A DNA stretch of 64,000 nt from Planctomycetota bacterium. Lineage in GTDB: Bacteria > Planctomycetota > UBA8108 > SXIK01. Of this stretch, positions 62,274-64,000 are shown piece by piece; the first letter of the stretch is position 1, and each line of letters opens with the position of its first letter. The stretch is taken from the NCBI GenBank assembly GCA_965223845.1, contig CBDCXR010000004.1:7392001-7456000 (forward strand), written 5' to 3'. Under the pieces are notes generated by a model that saw nothing but the letters and a program-made list of their open reading frames with translations, was not told the origin of the DNA and searched no databases. A program made the translations under genes and the position numbers.

Positions 62274-63452
62274 TCAGCACTCTCCGCCGCGAAGGGCGAG
62301 CGCGAGCCACGTACTCACGCCGACGCTCATCGCGTCGTCGTCGACGAGGAAGCGCGGGTGATGGCAGAAATAGTGCGTGCCCTTCGCTTCGTTTCGGTTC
62401 CCTAAGAACAGAAACGCGGCGGGGATTTTCTCGCCGTAGTAGGCGAAGTCCTCGCCACCGAGAGTCGGTTCAACGCCTTCGTCGATACGAGCGACGCCAT
62501 CGAGTGCACCGAGCGCGGCCTCGCAGGAGGCCTCCTCGTTGAACACGACGGGAAATCCCCGCTCGACATCGATCTCGACCGTGACACCGTGCGCGCCCGC
62601 GACTCCGCGCGCGACCTCGACCAGCCGTTCGCGCGCGACCTCTCCCACTTCCGGGCGAAACGTCCGTATCGTCCCGCGAAGCTCCGCCGCTGCGGGGATG
62701 ACGTTGTCGGCGGTCCCCGCGTGAAACTGCGTGACGCTGAGGACGGCCGCGTCGAGGGGATTGACGCTGCGCGCGACGATCGTTTGAAGTGCGCTGACGA
62801 TCTCCGCCGCGACCGGGATCGGATCGCGACACTTGAACGGAGCGGCTGCGTGCCCACCGACTCCCGTTACGGTGATGCGCCAATTGTCCGGTGAAGCCAT
62901 CGTCGGGCCGTTGTGCACGCCGACGAGACCGGTGTCGATGAGCGGCCACACGTGCATCCCGTAGATGCGGTCGACGCCATCGAGACACCCGTCCGCGATC
63001 ATCGCGGGCGCGCCGCCCGGAAGATTCTCCTCGTTCGGTTGGAAGATGAACCGAAGAGAACAGGGGATCGATTCGCGCGCTCCCGCGAGCGCTGTCGCCG
63101 CGCCGAGAAGCATCGCGGTGTGGGCGTCGTGACCGCACATGTGCGCCGCGCCCGGGTTTCGACTTTTGTGCGGGAGATCGTTCTCCTCGTCCATCGGGAG
63201 CGCGTCCATGTCGGCTCGAAACGCGAGACGTTTCTCTGAGCCGGGAACGTCGATGTCGGCGACCACGCCCGTTCGCCCGATCCCCTCGCGCACGGCGAGG
63301 CCGCTCTCGCGGAGTACACGCGCGGCGAGTGCGGCCGTGCGAACAGTGTCGAAACCGATCTCGGGATCGGCGTGGATCGTACGCTGCCATTTGATGACGC
63401 GCTCGGCGACGCTCGCGGCGAGCGCTTCGATGTCTCGGATCGTCTTAGTCAT
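62274..63452 (-). CDS. M20D amidohydrolase
   Basis: HADPE, RADMDALP, HMCGHDAH, FQPNEE, GGHAA, GEDF, HHPRF. Confidence 0.92.
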   Translation of the reverse strand: MTKTIRDIEALAASVAERVIKWQRTIHADPEIGFDTVRTAALAARVLRESGLAVREGIGRTGVVADIDVPGSEKRLAFRADMDALPMDEENDLPHKSRNPGAAHMCGHDAHTAMLLGAATALAGARESIPCSLRFIFQPNEENLPGGAPAMIADGCLDGVDRIYGMHVWPLIDTGLVGVHNGPTMASPDNWRITVTGVGGHAAAPFKCRDPIPVAAEIVSALQTIVARSVNPLDAAVLSVTQFHAGTADNVIPAAAELRGTIRTFRPEVGEVARERLVEVARGVAGAHGVTVEIDVERGFPVVFNEEASCEAALGALDGVARIDEGVEPTLGGEDFAYYGEKIPAAFLFLGNRNEAKGTHYFCHHPRFLVDDDAMSVGVSTWLALALRGGEC

Positions 63453-63503
63453 TTGTCTCCTTCGACGTCGAGTACGCGCGTGCGCGGGATGGCACGCCGT
63501 CGA

Positions 63504-64000
63504 TTAGACGAGCTGTGACGGTTGGCCGGTCGTCTCGAGCACGGCTGTCCAGAGTGAACCGGCCGGATCGAGCTTCTTTCGCCGCCCCGCGACCATCGCG
63601 AGCGGAATGTGCACGAATCGGTCGGCGTAGTAGCCGACGATGAGATCCGTCCGTCCGGACATCGCCGCGTGGACCGCGTGGCGCGAGAGCTGCGCGCAGA
63701 AAACGGAGTCGTCTGCGGTCGCCGGGACACTGCGGATGAGATAGCTCGGGTCGATGTACTTCATGCTGATCTCCGTCCCGCGCCCCTCGAAGTGCCGCCG
63801 GATTTCTTCGCGGATCGTGAGTGCGACGTCACCGCTCGTCTGCCGGTCGCGGAGTCCGTGTCCAGCCCCCTCGGCGACGACGATCACCGCGTGGTCGCGC
63901 GCTTCGAGTCGCCGCTCGAGCTGTGCGAGTAGACCGCGCGGGCCGTCGAGATCGAACGGAACCTCGGGCACGAGGCAAAAATTGACGTCGCCGCTCGCGA
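63504..64000 (-). CDS. pfkA: 6-phosphofructokinase (C-terminal part; extends beyond window)
   Basis: NFCLVPE, VIVVAEGAG, KYIDPSYLIRSVPA, AVHAAMSG, TGQP. Confidence 0.88.
   Translation of the reverse strand, partial: ASGDVNFCLVPEVPFDLDGPRGLLAQLERRLEARDHAVIVVAEGAGHGLRDRQTSGDVALTIREEIRRHFEGRGTEISMKYIDPSYLIRSVPATADDSVFCAQLSRHAVHAAMSGRTDLIVGYYADRFVHIPLAMVAGRRKKLDPAGSLWTAVLETTGQPSQLV

Overview
High-GC bacterial chromosomal window, most consistent with a Planctomycetota genome (PVC-type heme CxxCH protein, several proteins with a C-terminal RGDANxD dockerin-like domain, paired PQQ-propeller genes, DUF6807/PmoA-like protein). Taxonomy is inferred from gene content only. Housekeeping content: a complete F1Fo ATP synthase operon, metF, pyruvate kinase, a partial phosphofructokinase, an E2 acyltransferase, a DinG helicase and a phnA-phnY-phnW aminoethylphosphonate operon. 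The main feature the ORF track misses is at 1318-2568: two apparent ORFs are one exported TlpA/thioredoxin-fold gene whose CxxC site reads TGA-CTC-ATG-TGA, a putative UxxU double-selenocysteine motif. It is followed by SECIS-like hairpins, and a tRNA-Sec gene (selC) lies at 46635-46732. This gene sits between a protein built from repeats with symmetric six-cysteine spacing and a secreted gamma-glutamyltransferase. Also present: a rhombosortase next to a GlyGly-CTERM-like VIT/vWA target, a candidate ~320 nt structured ncRNA, two inverted-repeat elements and a peroxiredoxin-like protein lacking both catalytic cysteines. No CRISPR array, rRNA, integrase or transposase was seen. All family assignments come from motif recognition by eye, not database searches.
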